DNA of 24,387 nucleotides from a virus (Duplodnaviria; Caudoviricetes). How positions within the stretch are numbered: position 1 is the first letter of the stretch; the number at the start of each line of letters is the position of its first letter. Positions 24,289 to 24,387 of this stretch are shown here, piece after piece. A program made the position numbers and the translations under genes. The stretch spans positions 1 through 24,387 of IMG/VR virus record IMGVR_UViG_3300027672_000087; one strand, written 5' to 3'. The notes beneath the pieces are model-generated. The model searched no databases and had not been told where the DNA came from. It worked only from the letters and a program-made list of their open reading frames with translations.

Positions 24289-24387
24289 ATGGAACAACAA
24301 ATGGTACTCCCAGAAGGCGGTTTGGCTTCTTTTCTTACGTCTAATTTAGACGAAATAGATGACAGTCGCCTAGCATTTGGCAGTCAG
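24289..24387 (+). CDS. 5' end of a protein (truncated), possibly an internal virion/ejection protein
   Basis: RBS GAGGGG; MEQQMVLPEGGLASFLTSNLDEIDDSRLAFGSQ is open to the window end; position follows the tail genes. Confidence 0.65.
   Translation, partial: MEQQMVLPEGGLASFLTSNLDEIDDSRLAFGSQ

Noticed and set aside
1-24387. tRNA, rRNA, integrase, intron/intein or stop-codon reassignment
   Set aside because: No cloverleaf or rRNA-like segment seen in the short intergenic gaps; terL and capsid are uninterrupted; TAA, TAG and TGA all end genes normally.

Overview
This window is the packaging, lysis and morphogenesis arm of a tailed dsDNA phage. All credible genes are on the + strand, densely packed and often translationally coupled. 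Gene order: small hypothetical genes; a terminator and a non-coding region with 7-bp repeats; terminase large subunit; portal; a membrane/lysis block (EF-hand membrane protein, 2OG-Fe(II) oxygenase, 3TM holin, M15 peptidase endolysin); GroES-like co-chaperonin; scaffold; major capsid protein; five small, very basic proteins; head-tail/tail proteins; a 1007-aa tail fibre with a C-terminal S74 chaperone; a P22 gp10-like nozzle protein; and the start of a probable internal virion protein. No tape measure, sheath or tube gene is visible, which fits a podovirus. The gene order resembles, from memory and not from a search, marine HTVC010P/uvMED-type phages of Alphaproteobacteria. The best candidate for an undescribed system is the cluster of five lysine-rich proteins. 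Three of them carry a recurrent x-x-x-G-G motif that also starts the portal and the last ORF, and one of them begins with a near-copy of the capsid N-terminus. Together these suggest a capsid-targeting, processing and DNA-condensation module. Other notable items are a structured RNA leader after the capsid terminator, T7-like heptamer repeats before terL, an EF-hand protein in the lysis block, and a shared beta-module inserted in two neck proteins. All family assignments come from motif recognition; no database searches were run.
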